From NCBI GenBank assembly GCA_964252035.1, contig OZ176201.1: a DNA stretch of 64,000 nt; one strand, 5' to 3'. This document shows, piece by piece, positions 28,601-42,282 of this stretch (positions are counted from its first letter, which is position 1; every line of letters starts with the position of its first letter). The translations under genes were made by a program, and so were the position numbers. The notes below the pieces were generated by a model. The model worked only from the letters and a program-made list of their open reading frames with translations. It ran no database searches and was not told the DNA's origin. The DNA is from Podarcis erhardii (lineage: Eukaryota).

Positions 28601-31600
28601 TACTCTCAGGGTTAGAAAATTGTCACTTTGGAGAAAAAGAAAGTAATACTGCTGTTAAGCTTGTTCATTCAAAAAACATTAAATACAAACACTAACAGGA
28701 TAACACAAGTTTTCTGTTGCCAGACCAGATCTTATGTTTCTAAACCCCAACTTTTGTTTTGAAACACTGTAAGCAGGAGCCTGGTATTTTTCAGTGACGG
28801 ACACTTCATTTCGCCATTGGCCCCTCACCCCCCGCAGTGCAATTTCTACTGAATGGAGATATAAAACACATTTTTGGCCCAATATAAAAGAAAATCCCAT
28901 CTTCTTGAAAATCCACCATGCACCAATATTGTTACTGTGCTTAGAACATTTACTTACATAACAAGCCTCCTGTTCAGGAACCAGTATTTCCGCCTGTTTC
29001 TGTCATATCCAATAGGTTCATGTCGAATGTATGGTTTATTTTTTTGGATTTCAGCAATACAGTCCGTTACACCAGGCACCTTATGTGCTACACAAACTTC
29101 ACACTGCCATTCATCCTCAGGTACCTCTTCAAGAGGTGGTTTCACACACTCCAAGTGGTACACAGCTGAGCAAGTTTCACAGCAAAGCAAATCCCCCAGT
29201 TTGTGACAAACTCTACAATGGTCATCGTATTGTATCACACCTTCCGACATTAATTCCTCGCGTGCAATGTTTGTTGTAAGAAACTGATCCACTAAAAACT
29301 GCAGGACTTCAATTTTATTCTCAACGGGTCCATAGGGGTAGTCATCTGCCTCTTGGAAAGGAAGAACATGATGATATTCCTTGTCACTCTCACAATAAAC
29401 CCGCAGAACCTCGGGCCACGTCATCCCGTCTATGAAATACAATGTGGAATTAACGCTATCTTTGAGGTCAGCAGGTCCAAAGGTAGTATTTGAAGTGTCT
29501 TCTTCACGTAAAACAGCTTTTAAAAGCACTATATGCATCTCTGCCATAAGTGTACACTGCTCCTGGCTTACCAGAGCAGCACAGAAGTCCTCAAAACGAA
29601 AAGGGGACAGTCGCAAGACAGTGCCAAAGTTCCGCAGTACCTCATAGATGGCAATAACATTCATTATATGCTCATTAGGCACCATTAAGTCCTCTGAGGA
29701 TTTAGGCAAGTCAAGAGAAGGGACATCTTTTTCTTCCAGTATTGGAGAACGTGGACGATGTACTCTTTGTCTCCTCCTACCTGTAAGTAGAAAGGAACAA
29801 TAAAAGATTAACAGGAAACAGAAGTAGATATAAGTTCACTTATTATACAATGAATGTGATGTGAAATAAGAACCATGTTAGAAGTTTCTCGCACACTTCA
29901 ATGGTCTTACACAGTTGTATTTTAAAAGTCTTGAACTTGCACTTCAACATAGGCAGTTATTCTTCTACCTTAAATTGAAACTAACATACCATGCGTGTTG
30001 CACTTTTACCAACCACTTTCCCATTTACAAGGATTAGAACAAAACGTTTCCCTCTGCAAAGGGAAGGGCTCTTTCCATTTCTCAAAGGAACCATTTTATA
30101 TTGTAAACTGCCCTGTGATCCTCAGATGAAGGGCAATAAAGATATTTAATTAAGAACCATCACCACCACAAGGTAACCATTTTATCTGATTCCCTCTTCC
30201 CCGTGTAGTCTCCAACACCACTAATCCTCAAATTTTCAGGGGAAAAGAGGAATCAGCCAAAAGTGCCTTTCCACCTCCTTTTCTCTACCTCAAGCAGAAC
30301 TTAGCTGAGCACAATCCAAGCCCAAATCTTGTTTCCTCTCCTAAATTTCAATTACGTGAGAGACAAGTTCATTTTTCTTGTTTAAGATATTGGTACGAGT
30401 GAAAGAGCTCTACAGAGCCATTGTGCCTCCTGTTTAAGTTTGCTGAATCTGTGGGCTTTCAACAGTTCAACGAAAACATTACATAAATATATTGCTTTCC
30501 CAGATGTTGTAGGGTTTCAGTCCAGGAGGCATGACATGCATATATGCCATGACTGCATGGCAGCTTAAGCTGTACTTTCTGGTTTTCACTGCACATTCCT
30601 CACTGCCTACAAATCAACCTGCTCTTTAAAGTGAAGAGGCAATGTGAACAGCTGTGGTAAAATCTGAAATGAATTTCCCTCTATTTGTCTACAAATTCAA
30701 AACACTTCTTTCTTCCTAACTGTAATTCAGTTGCAAAAGCTGGAAATGTTCCGTTTTCTCTTCAGTGATGAACAAAAACATATTACTAACTGCAAATGGG
30801 AGAAATCACAGCACTCTAGGAACACTTTACTAAATAATAATTGCAGCGCTTTGCATTCTGATACACTCAAATCTAGAAAACAGTTTACCCTGGATTATGG
30901 TTTCCATTTAAATTATATCTCTCTTTTGCTGAAGCTACTCATCCATATTTTATACAATGTTTCTCTGATCACAAAAAAGCAATAAACTGTCTAATTCAGA
31001 GTAGTTTTGAATTCTTCTTTAGATTTCACAGCAGTAGCGTAACAACTAGAGATGCAAAACACTTAAACATATTCAAGGTACTGTAGTGGTAAATAGGTAA
31101 AGGTAATGTAAACAGAGTTTCCGTGTGCTCTGGTACTTGCCATGGTGTTCTGTTGTGCCAGAATCCATTTAGTCATGCTGGCCACATGACCCGGAAAAGC
31201 TGTCTGCGGACAGCTCCCTTGGTCTGAAAGCAAGTTGAGTGCCACAACTCATAGTCGCCTTTGACTGGACTTAACCGTCCGGGGGTCCTTTACTTTTACC
31301 TAGTTGCAAATGCTGTGGGATCCAAAGCCTTTCTAAAGAAAATTAAAAGTGAGTAGAAACCCTATTGATTGATTGATTGTTTTTAAACTCAAAAGTTTTG
31401 GACAATTTGACACAAACCAAGTTTTCTAGGTACAGAAGTTATTTTTTTTCCTTTTAAAATCTCTCATGACAAATTCCCAGAGACTCTTCCTCTCCTCTAG
31501 TTGAAACCTGTTATCACTAGATAGAAGCACTTAAGCATCAGATAAAGCAAGAACACTGTGACGCAATAAACCTGAGAGGTTCCCTTTTTATTTTTGCTGT

Positions 31601-34600
31601 TGGATGCTGGTCGTTACGTAATTTTGTTATATTTATAGTACTAAAATGTTATTTTCTGTATGTAATTATATTTGCTACTGTGTCGTTTTGCTGGGCTATT
31701 ATGAAATTATTTTTGCATTGTTTGGTTTTGAAATGTTTTCCTGTTTCCTTTGTTGTAAACCACTTTGAGAATGAATTTTATGTGGGAAAGCAGCATACAA
31801 ATAAAATCAATGAATGACTTGTTGAGTGAATCACTTAGCCCAGATTTATTTCTAATCTTTCACTGGACTCCTGTCAATAACAAATGGTTGTCATGTCAAG
31901 GTCGCTATGAGGACAAAATTTAACTGGTAAAAGAGGCTACTGATTTCTTAAAGAACTCTTGAAATCCATATAATGTATGTGTGTATTAAAAGTGCACAGG
32001 AAGGGGGAAATGCCATTGGCGGTGCTGTTTTGAAACTACCAATATTATTTATTTAGATGGTTCAAGGTTCACTCAGCAATTACTTTAGATTACTCAAAGC
32101 TTATTCTGGAGCATCAGGCATAGTCCATGCTTCCAATGAGGGGGCAACACAAAAATGGGGCGTTTCAGTGGTCTCCCCATGGTGCCATTTTTATCGATCC
32201 TTAGGAGCCAAGCAGTGTTAGAAAATCGGATATATAAGTTAGGTGCCAAATGGCACCTGGGCTCTAGGTTACGGTTGCCACAACGGAGTATCTATTCGCC
32301 AGAAGGTTTGACTAGATGGCCCTCAGCATCCCTTCCAACACTACAATTATCTGATTCTATGATCTCAACTACATTGCTTGATTGTAGCTTGCTCTTACAA
32401 CAATCCACTGGTCCCCAGTATGCAAGAAGAAGTAACACACAGGGGAAACGGAAATAGTATTAACTATGAACTAAGGCAGAGGTTTTTTAAATGGTGGTCG
32501 CCAACCTGACACCCAGAAATCTCCATAGTCTCAACTGGACCCGCACCTGTAGCAAAACGTGCCTGGTACCTGCGGAATGTCAAAGACTGGAGCCAAGCAA
32601 ATAATATATTTTTTAAAAAAACCAGGGCTTTTGGTCTTTAATTTGAAGGGCTTCAAGTATTTGCAGCCTATTTTAGTGCAACAGGATCTGTAAGACCAGC
32701 CCTTTATCTGTAGAGATGCGTTGGTTAGGTTTTCATTGGTTGTGCTTTTTAAATTTGGTTTTAGTGTTTATGATGTGTTTGAAAGTTGCTTTAGTTCACT
32801 TCTGTGAGAAAAGCTAATAATAATAATAATAATAATCCAGTTCAACTGCCCCAAATGACATTTAGTAGTTTTCCATTTTAAATAAAGTCTGGTTAAGATA
32901 TCAAATGCTGGCCTAAGAGACATAATACGCCTGGTGGCTTTCACCATTCTCCTAAACCTTAGTATCCATCACAGCCCTTGCTTAGGAGGACACCCCACGT
33001 CTATGGCGCCATATACTTTTCCAAAGTTAATATTCTGACCTTTTTGGTCAGTGGGGGAAGACTATTCCAAATAACTCTTAAAAATAATTCTTAAAAAACC
33101 ATCACTTTCTTGAAGTGATAATGAACTTTTTCATGAGGAGGCAACTACATCCATCTTGCACTTGTAATGTGCCTGTGAGTTATTCAAGGTATTGATTTGT
33201 CAATAAATTACTGCAAAATTTGGGACAGACTGCAGTGGGGAATCTTGTGTTTCAATTCTATCGATCCCCACAAAAATAAAGCTCCCTGGGCTTATCACGT
33301 GAGGACTATCACATGAGAAAGCTATAATAGCTCTTAATTGGTCAGTGATGTCCTATTCACATGTGCACGTTCTGTAGTACTGGAACGTTTGCACAGTTAG
33401 AAATCAAGAGGTCAAACTTAGAGCTGGTGCATGTTCAGAACTGAGCAACTGCCAAGTTTACAAGTGTGAGTGGCCCAGCAAAAACAACCCTACAGAGTTT
33501 ATATTTTGTGTCTCATTGCCTCAGACACAATGATTTTTAATAGACTCAACTCAGTTCATACATTCAGCTGTCAGCCATGAAATATTCAATAATTTAAAAA
33601 TCATCAACAGCTAAGTGTGTGAACCAGGTCTTTTGAGAGTTCACATACCATGTGCTTTATACTACACATACATGGTAACAGAACAGAACAGATTTCACAA
33701 TTTATAAGCAAAAACACCAACAAGTATTTTTACCACTGTTATTATTGTTGCTAGTACGTCCCTGGGCAGGTTACAACAATTTAAAATTCATAACTAACAA
33801 TCATTAAAACAAATGTCAGCCACAAGAATAGGGTGGATCCTGAAAACACACATCTTAGACCAAGGTAAAGAGGTGCATCTTCAGCATTTGCCAAAAGCTA
33901 TACAGTGAAGTTGCCAGATGCAATTCTGTGCAGAGGGAATTCTACAGTTAACCTGGTAACAGGATGCATCCTGATTTAAACCTGATAACTGCATATATCT
34001 TGTTGGGGAGGGGGAACACAGATACTTAGCATGACATACACTCAACATAGCTATGACTCTGCACTTTAAATTCTGCTACAGCTGACTACAGAAATTAGGG
34101 CAGAGCCAACAACTGCCCTACTGGTTCACAAAACAAAGCTCTGAAAAGAAGCACTCCAAGTTATTATTTAATTCACGTTATGAGGCTAGTTTGGTTGTGG
34201 GTCTTTAGTGTAATGGACTTCAGGACATGACAGGGTTATCAGGGTTCCAGATTTGAGAACTGTTAGCAACAGGGTTGTCTGCCATATAAAGCTTAATAAA
34301 AACAATATAATCATGGCCAACTTCTTAAGTTTGATGGGAGGCTAAAGACTGTAAAAATCTTTCAATTAACCGGAATACTGGATTGGATGAGGCTTTAGTT
34401 ACACGAAAGTCCTGAATGAGAATGCACATTCCCTGATATACATAGAGATATACCCAGCCAGTTTAACAAGATGCAGATGTTCAAAGGGAAATGTGTACCC
34501 AGGCACACACCTGCATGAATACTGTATGCAAAATTTCCTTTTAGGATTTGGGCAATTAAACTTCAGATCTAATGCCAAGTTTAGGCAATATGCTACAAGT

Positions 34601-36844
34601 GAACAAGCCACAGTGAACCTAAGGTTTACAAACGCACATCCTCCACCTGGGTTGTCATTAAGAAATTGTAAAGCTTTCAGTGTGGAAAAATGTGGTTTGT
34701 CAAGATATCTAGAACAACGAACTGTGAGTAACATTAACTACTGTTAGTTTAAGACACTGATTATGCACCCCTCCCCCCACATGTTCAGAAAAGGTGCTGA
34801 TTTTCTGATCTGTACCCTCTTCTCAGTCACCTTTCACAAATTACCTAGATTACAAGTAATCTTAGACTGCCAACCTACATTTAAAAATAAACTTTCTAGT
34901 GCTCTTGTTGTGAAGCAACTTATAAGGTATTTACAAACCACAAGCCATGCAAGATTTGCATGGATCAAGGGTACCTTATGGGCTGCCTTCTCCTGCATTA
35001 ATGTAACCACCAAATGAGGCCTTGCTTCATCTCCTGCCACCATCTGAGGTGCAGTTTATTTTAATTCATTCATACCAAAATACTAAAATTTATACTCTGT
35101 TTTTCCTTTCCAAAAGAAGTTGCTCAAAGCGGCTGACAAAAGTATTTAAAAAGCACAAAAATAAAATAACAATCCACCTTTTAAAAAAACTAACCATTGC
35201 ACAAACCATTACTAAAAGCAACATCTAAGAACAAAAAGGAGGAAGAGCTGGAGCTTGCAACAAACAAATTACATAAAGCAGCAGCAGACACAAAGGCTTG
35301 TTTAAAAAGAAATGTCCTCAGTTCCTGGCAAAATACAAAGAGGGAGGAAGATGAGCTAACCTCTTAGAGCAGGGAGTTCCACATCTAAGGTATTGTCACA
35401 GAGAATGCCCCAATAAGCATATAACTAATGCACAAAGGGATGTGGCCAGACAGTGACTGTAAGAGGAATGGAAAAGCTGATGCACCAGCCAAAGCACTTC
35501 TGGTGGCATCTTAAAACAAGGCCAAGGCCAGGAGTACTTCGAAACTATGAATTTGATTTTGTAAGGGGAGTGCAATCAAGGCCAAAATGGGCTGGCTTCC
35601 TATTCAAATAAACCGTTATTTAATCCTAGCCTTTTTTGAACGAAAGCTTTAATTACATGCTTACCGATTTATGTCATGTGACAGTTAAGTTGGGTGTTCT
35701 CGTAAACCTAACCAACTCATGGATTATGAAGAGCATTTTCACTTCTGCAATGAAAATTCTCGGGGAGGTTCAACGGACCTCAGAAGAGTGCATACAATGT
35801 AAACAGAGCAGCACCCCTAACCTTAGCTCAGTGCAGAGTGATATATATTACAATTGACATGCCACTTGTGCAAAAGGTAATCAAATACTGGAAGGCATCC
35901 CTGCCCACTTTTGGCAGAAGCCCTACTAATTCTGTGTGATGTGACCATAGGACGTGCAACCATTGGTGGAGTTTTTCAGTCAAAGTGAGTGAAGTTTAAT
36001 CAACAATAGGCATAACCATGCCCACTGTGATCCTGAATGACAACGGCAACATATCAGTGTGAATAGAGCACCAGTTGATAAAGTGTAACTTTTAAACAGC
36101 TCTCTTCTTCCATCCCCAGCCTTTACACCATTTTCCAAAGAGTGCATTGTTGAGGCCACGGCATGGATTACTAAAGCTTTGTAATGTTGCAAAAAATATT
36201 AATCCTTACCCTAACCGTGGGTAAGAGATTGGAATCACCTACAAGCTTGCACATTAATCCCCTGCTCTGCTTACCAAGATGTGCTATTTCTCCATCGACA
36301 TTTACACTTACCATGGTTAGCTTGAATAGCACTTTGAAAAGCTGCCTTCTAACAAACTCTAGTTTGAAGGAGTCTTAACACTGCCTGTGAAAAGCAAACG
36401 GAGGGAGAACTTGTATGCAAAGCGGGGAAGGAAAGAGCTTGCAAGTCTATAAGGCACATATTACCACATCACTGGGCCACTGTTGTACAGTGCACATTGG
36501 CATAATGTAAATCAGGCATAGGCAAACTCCGGCCCTGTTTTGGGACTACAACTCCCATCATCCCTGGCTAACAGGACCAGTGGTCAGGGATGATGGGAGT
36601 TGTAGTCCCAAAACATCTGGAGGGCCGAGTTTGCCCATGCCTGATGTAAATTTTACAAAATGAAACATCTACTGCTCTGAACTATTAGTCACTCCACTTT
36701 ACTCATAATTATTTTCCAGAAACAACAAATTCTCAGTAAAGGTAAAGGGACCCCTGACTGTTAGGTCCAGTTGTGAACGACTCTGGGGTTGCGGCGCTCA
36801 TCTTGCTTTATTGGTTGAGGGAGCCGGCGTACAGCTTCCGGGTC

Positions 36845-36876
<32 letters not shown>

Positions 36877-39655
36877 TTATTATTTATACCCCGCCCATCT
36901 GGCTGAGTTTCCCCAGCCACTCTGGGCGGCTCCCAATCAGTGTTAAAGACAGTACAGCATTACATATTAAAAACTTCCCTGAACAGGGCTGCCTTAAGAT
37001 GTCTTCTGAACATCAGGTAATTCTTTGTCATGTGGCCAGTCATGTGGCCAGCATGACTAAGCCACTTCTGGCGAACCAGAGCAGCGCACGGAAACGCCGT
37101 TTACCTTCCCGCCGGAGCGGTACCTATTTATCTACTTGCACTTTGACGTGCTTTCAAATTGCTAGGTTGGCAGGAGCAGGGACCGAGCAACAGGAGCTCA
37201 CCCCATCGCGGGGATTCAAACTGCCAACCTTCTGATCGGCAAGCCCTAGGCTCTGTGGTTTAGACCAGTGTTTCCCAACCTTAGGTCTCCAGCTGCTGTT
37301 GGACTACAACTCCCATCATCCCTAGCTAGCAAGACCAGTGGTCGGGGATGATGGGAATTGTAGTCTAAAAACTGCTGGAGACCCAAGGTTGAGAAACACT
37401 GGTTTAGACCACAGCGCCACCCGCATCCCTTCACATTCTCAGTAGCGTTCGACCACTTGTGACCAAGTGAAGATGCCTGGGATGGCGCCTGACATCTCCA
37501 CCATCTGAGGATTACTGGATCTGGACTGTTTTCACACACTAATACCCCAGCCTGTAGAACTCTATCCGTTATATTTTATCAGAACAACTGGAATGCATTT
37601 CTGGAACCAAATTGCCTTTTCTGTGCAGCCTGAGCAGGAGCGGTCACCATTAAGACACCACAATAGGCCAACATATACATGGACTGTTCCTGATAGTCTT
37701 TTCTTCTTTAAGGTCTCAAAGCTCTTAACCTAGCTCAAGGTTGTCGTCTTGAACTAGCCATGTGTTTAACTGAGAATCAATCAGTCAGTCCATCATTTGG
37801 AAAACAAGACTTTAGAGCTGTCTTGCCCCAAAATGGCAACTAGAAATTCCATTTTGGCAACTGCAACCTCGGTTTAAGGAGCCATTTGGCGCCTAGCTTA
37901 TACACCTAAGTTTCTAACACTGATTCTATAGCACTTTAACAACACACATTCTAGGGTGTGTTTATGTATGTGGGTGTGCGTGAACCAAGTAGGTCAATAG
38001 GTGGATGCAGTATTTGCCATCCAGTACACCATCACAACCAAAAGATTATGGTAGGGCCAAACAAACCATGTCATACCAGAAGCCAGCAGAATGCAGGTGC
38101 ACACTGTTCAAGTTCACCTGCCCTACTCTTCAGTTGTTCCCCATGAGGAGGAAACAAACTACAGCAGCGGATTAGCATTATGTTGCTTCTTGTTATCTCT
38201 AGGCCAGTGCTCTGGTTTGGTTCCTCCTTGTTCAGCAAAGAGGGGAGCAGCAGGGCAGGCATGATTTGACAAGTGTATACCACCTCGCTGCTGATGAACC
38301 AGGACAACAAAAACATAAGTAGCTACTGAACCCGATTGATGGACCATCATTGGCCATTGTAAAAACAAGGAAAGCCTGACACCAACTGTCAGAAAGAAGC
38401 AGCAGCCGCAAGAAATACATGTAAAGTAAATCTGGCTGTTTTGTTTTAAGGGTCATTCCATGTCAAATGATCAATTTTTTAATATATATTTTTTACCTTA
38501 TGTCATCCAATTTCCTTAATATTTTGTACTTGTTGAATGATCAAAACTAAGTTAAAATCTAAAATTTTAATTTTTTATCTCATCCCGTTTTTGAGCTATG
38601 AGGGTGGGAAATTAAAAATAATAATACATTGAAAATTTTGGCCTTGCCGGGCAAAAAACTAAGAACTCAGCTCAGAATTGAGATAGATCATGAAATGAAG
38701 TACAAACAAGAATTATTTCAAAGCGTTAATTCTATCAAGCAACAGCAAGCTATCACGCTGCCTTGAAACACATTTTTAAAGGAAAAGGCTGACTAGCTTT
38801 TCAAATGCCTGAAAAATAACTGATATTATATTTTGAAGCCTAGTTTATTCTGTTATATTTTACTCCAAGAAGACCCATTTATCCTAAATAGAAGTAGTAA
38901 GGCAGACATGTATGTACCTTATATATATAAGTTAATGTGATCTCATTGAGAAATTTTGATGAAATTTTGCAGGTAGCGCTTAGAAACATTAAATAATCAA
39001 TACATTTTTTGGAAATTTCTGAACATATTATTTTTAATCACTTTTTAAAATTTAAAATTTTGTAACTTAACTTTAAAATGTAAAGTAAGGTGACATATCA
39101 CATTAAAGCCAATGACATTCTGAAGAGATTGGTATTTTTAGTTTTGACATACAGTATCTCAAATCTAGGTTGACATTGTAAGGTTTTTGTGTAGACCAAA
39201 ATTGCCAATTCTTTGAAATTTCAAACCCTCATAACTAAAAAACAGGATGGGATAAATAATTTTGAACTGAAATTTGGGACTGTCTCTTACACTACAGTGG
39301 TACCTCGGGTTAAGTACTTAATTCGTTCCGGAGGTCTTAACCTGAAACTGTTCTTAACCTGAAGCACCACTTTAGCTAATGGAGCCCCCTGCTGCCACCG
39401 CGCCGCCAGAACACAATTTCTGTTCTTATCCTGAAGCAAAGTTCTTAACCTGAAGCACTATTTCTGGGTTAGCAGAGTCTGTAACCTGAAGCGTATGTAA
39501 CCCAAAGCGTATGTAACCCGAGGTACCACTTTACTTTCAGGAAACTGAAAGTGGAAGCAATATAAAATGGTAAGGTAAATGTGATTGGATCACTTGATAT
39601 AGAATGACCCTTAACACCAACTCTTAACTCTTTTAAAAACCGTTAGAATAATCAC

Positions 39656-39686
<31 letters not shown>

Positions 39687-42249
39687 AAGTCATCTCCACT
39701 GCAAGACATCAAATATCTATCAGTGGCACAATGTTAGCATACAACACAAATTAGATACAAAACAATACATATTTTAATTTGGGTATGATTCAGTTTCTGA
39801 ATTGATCTGATTAACGTTAACACATAACATTTTAGAACTGTGGCAAATCCATTCAGAAACTGAATCATATCCAAATTAAAATATACACTTTAGAAGCAAA
39901 CTAAACAGCACTAACATTTGCTTTTCTACAGGTGAACAATTATGAAGGTCTCCTTGAATAAAAATTCAGTTCCTATGTTGTCGATATAGAAAAATATTAT
40001 TAGTACTATGAAATAATCCATTGAAAAGCCACAGTGAAGGGAAAAACCACAGCTAGGAAGCATTACAGCTAAACAATAATTTAAACTTGTTCATACAGTG
40101 TTCACTCTCATATTGTGAATTAGGAAAGCTTGCCTTTATTCAAGCACCTTAACAACAAACAAAATTAAGCGCCTTTTGGAAAACTCCATTTTAATATAGA
40201 GAAGTGTGTCTTTTGATGTTGTGATATAGATGAAAAATGGGTCCGATTTCCCCCATAACTTTCACACAGCCACTGTACTGTACAGGCATATTTAGTAAAA
40301 TGTAAGCTATTTCAATATTCCACACTGGGGTTTTCCTTGTCAAACTGTAAAAGCACAGAACTGTCATATCACTCACATCTACCAATATACAAGTCCCAAT
40401 CCTGATTGTTTACGTACTTGATGATAAAACACATGCAAGTATATAAAAATAGTTGCCACCAAGTAAGGAAAGTTAAGCATGTAAGATTTTATGCAATAAT
40501 ATTTTGCTGAATTAAATCTACCTTTTTTAATAAAACCCCCAAAACATTCTTAAAATGCTAGTAGTTCAGCATGATCCATACTACAATCAAACTCTTAAAA
40601 CTTGTTATAAAAAAGTTGAACATAATTTCTTCCAATGGTTGAACTGGCAAAGTCACCGTAAAATTAAAAACCACAAGCTCTCTTTAAAACAAGCTGGAAG
40701 CAAACACTGCTGCATAACAAAAATTGGTAAAGGAAAATAAATAAATAAATAAATAAAAAGATATCCATTTGAATGTTTTCAATTACTACAAATACATGTG
40801 ATGGGCTTGCATGCTATGATTTAAACCATACTGCGCTTCTGCCAATAATTTGATCTCTATTCCCAACGCACTGCTTTCCTTTGTAAACAAAAACACCACC
40901 CCCTAGTTTTGCACGAAGTCAAGAGTCTGCAAGTTACTCCCCCCCCTTCCCCAAGCATCACATGCGTGCCCCACACGGGCTCCCTTTCCCCTATTTCACT
41001 CATCCCCAATTTATTCTTCCAAGACAGTGGTTCCCAATTAGCTGATTACCGAGGACCCCCTATTTTTCAAGAGCCATGGACACCCCAGCCTCGCTTTGCA
41101 ACATGTTGATAACTGCATGGTAGCTGCCTCTACAAAGCAATTCCGTGCACAAAATGTGGGGCAGCCCCTAATAAGCAAAGGAGTTTTGGTATGTACTAAA
41201 AACAGGCCCTAAAATGTGTGATATTACCATGCAGAAAAGACAAAAAAATAGTTGGGGGTAGGGCAAGGAAGGGATGGGGCCATGGATCCCCATTCTAATG
41301 ACCCCCTATTTTTCAAGAGCCACGGACCCCCCCCCCCCGCCCGCTTTGGAACATGTTGATAACTCCATGGTGGCTGCCTCTGCAAAGCAATTCCCTGCAC
41401 AAAATGTAGGGTAGTCCCTAAGAAGCAAAGGAGTTTTGGTATGCACTAAAAACAGCAACAAACAACAACAGGAGGCCATAAAATGTGTGATATTACCATG
41501 CACAAAAATGACCCAAAAAATTAGAGAGAAGGGAGGCAACGGATGGGGCCCCTAACTGGGAACCCCTGTTCTCAGACCATGTTTGCCATCTCCTCTTCCT
41601 GCGAACAAGTAGCCTAGGATCGCTATTTATTTTCTCTCCCTCTCTCAAGTTCTGCCACTGTGGCTTCCCGCACCTTGCCCTCTTCCTGCAGGAGCCCCTC
41701 GCTTCCCTTCTCCCCACATCTTGCCCCCATTGCAGCGCGCAACCCCATGGCGCGGGGGGGGGGTTCAGCACCACCCCATTAACCCCCCCCCAAAGCAAAA
41801 ACCCGTCCACCACCCCTTCCCTAACGCGATGGGCTCCGGGGTGGAACAAGTGGGGGGGGCGACCCCCCCTCACCCCCCCTACCCCTCGCCGTACCCGGGG
41901 TGCTGCTGTAGGTGCTGTGGCTCTTGAAGCTGCTCTCCGTGCAGTAGCTGGCGTCGTCGTCCTCGTCCTCCTCCATCTCTTCGGGGTAATCCGAGTCGTC
42001 GTCGTCGTTCTCCTCCTCCTCTTCTTCCGCCACGGCCTCGTCTTCCCCGGAGTCGGGCTTCTCCCCGGACTCGCCTTCCTCGTCGTCGGACACGGCACTC
42101 TCGTCCTCGTCGCTCTCATGGTCGTCGTAAACCACTTGGCTGCTGCGGCCGCTCCTCTTGGGAGCGGAGGAAGAAGCACCACCACCTGAGGCGGCGGCGG
42201 CGGCGGCGGGCGCCCTGCTTTGGCTTCCTCCTCCTCCTCCCGCCGCTGC

Positions 42250-42282
<33 letters not shown>

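Larger units (their letters stand above)
36737..37429 (-). mobile_element. Sauria SINE interrupted by two nested insertions
   Basis: The SINE body is split by an L2-type 3' fragment (about 36847-37027) and by a hAT MITE (37266-37401). Confidence 0.88.
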
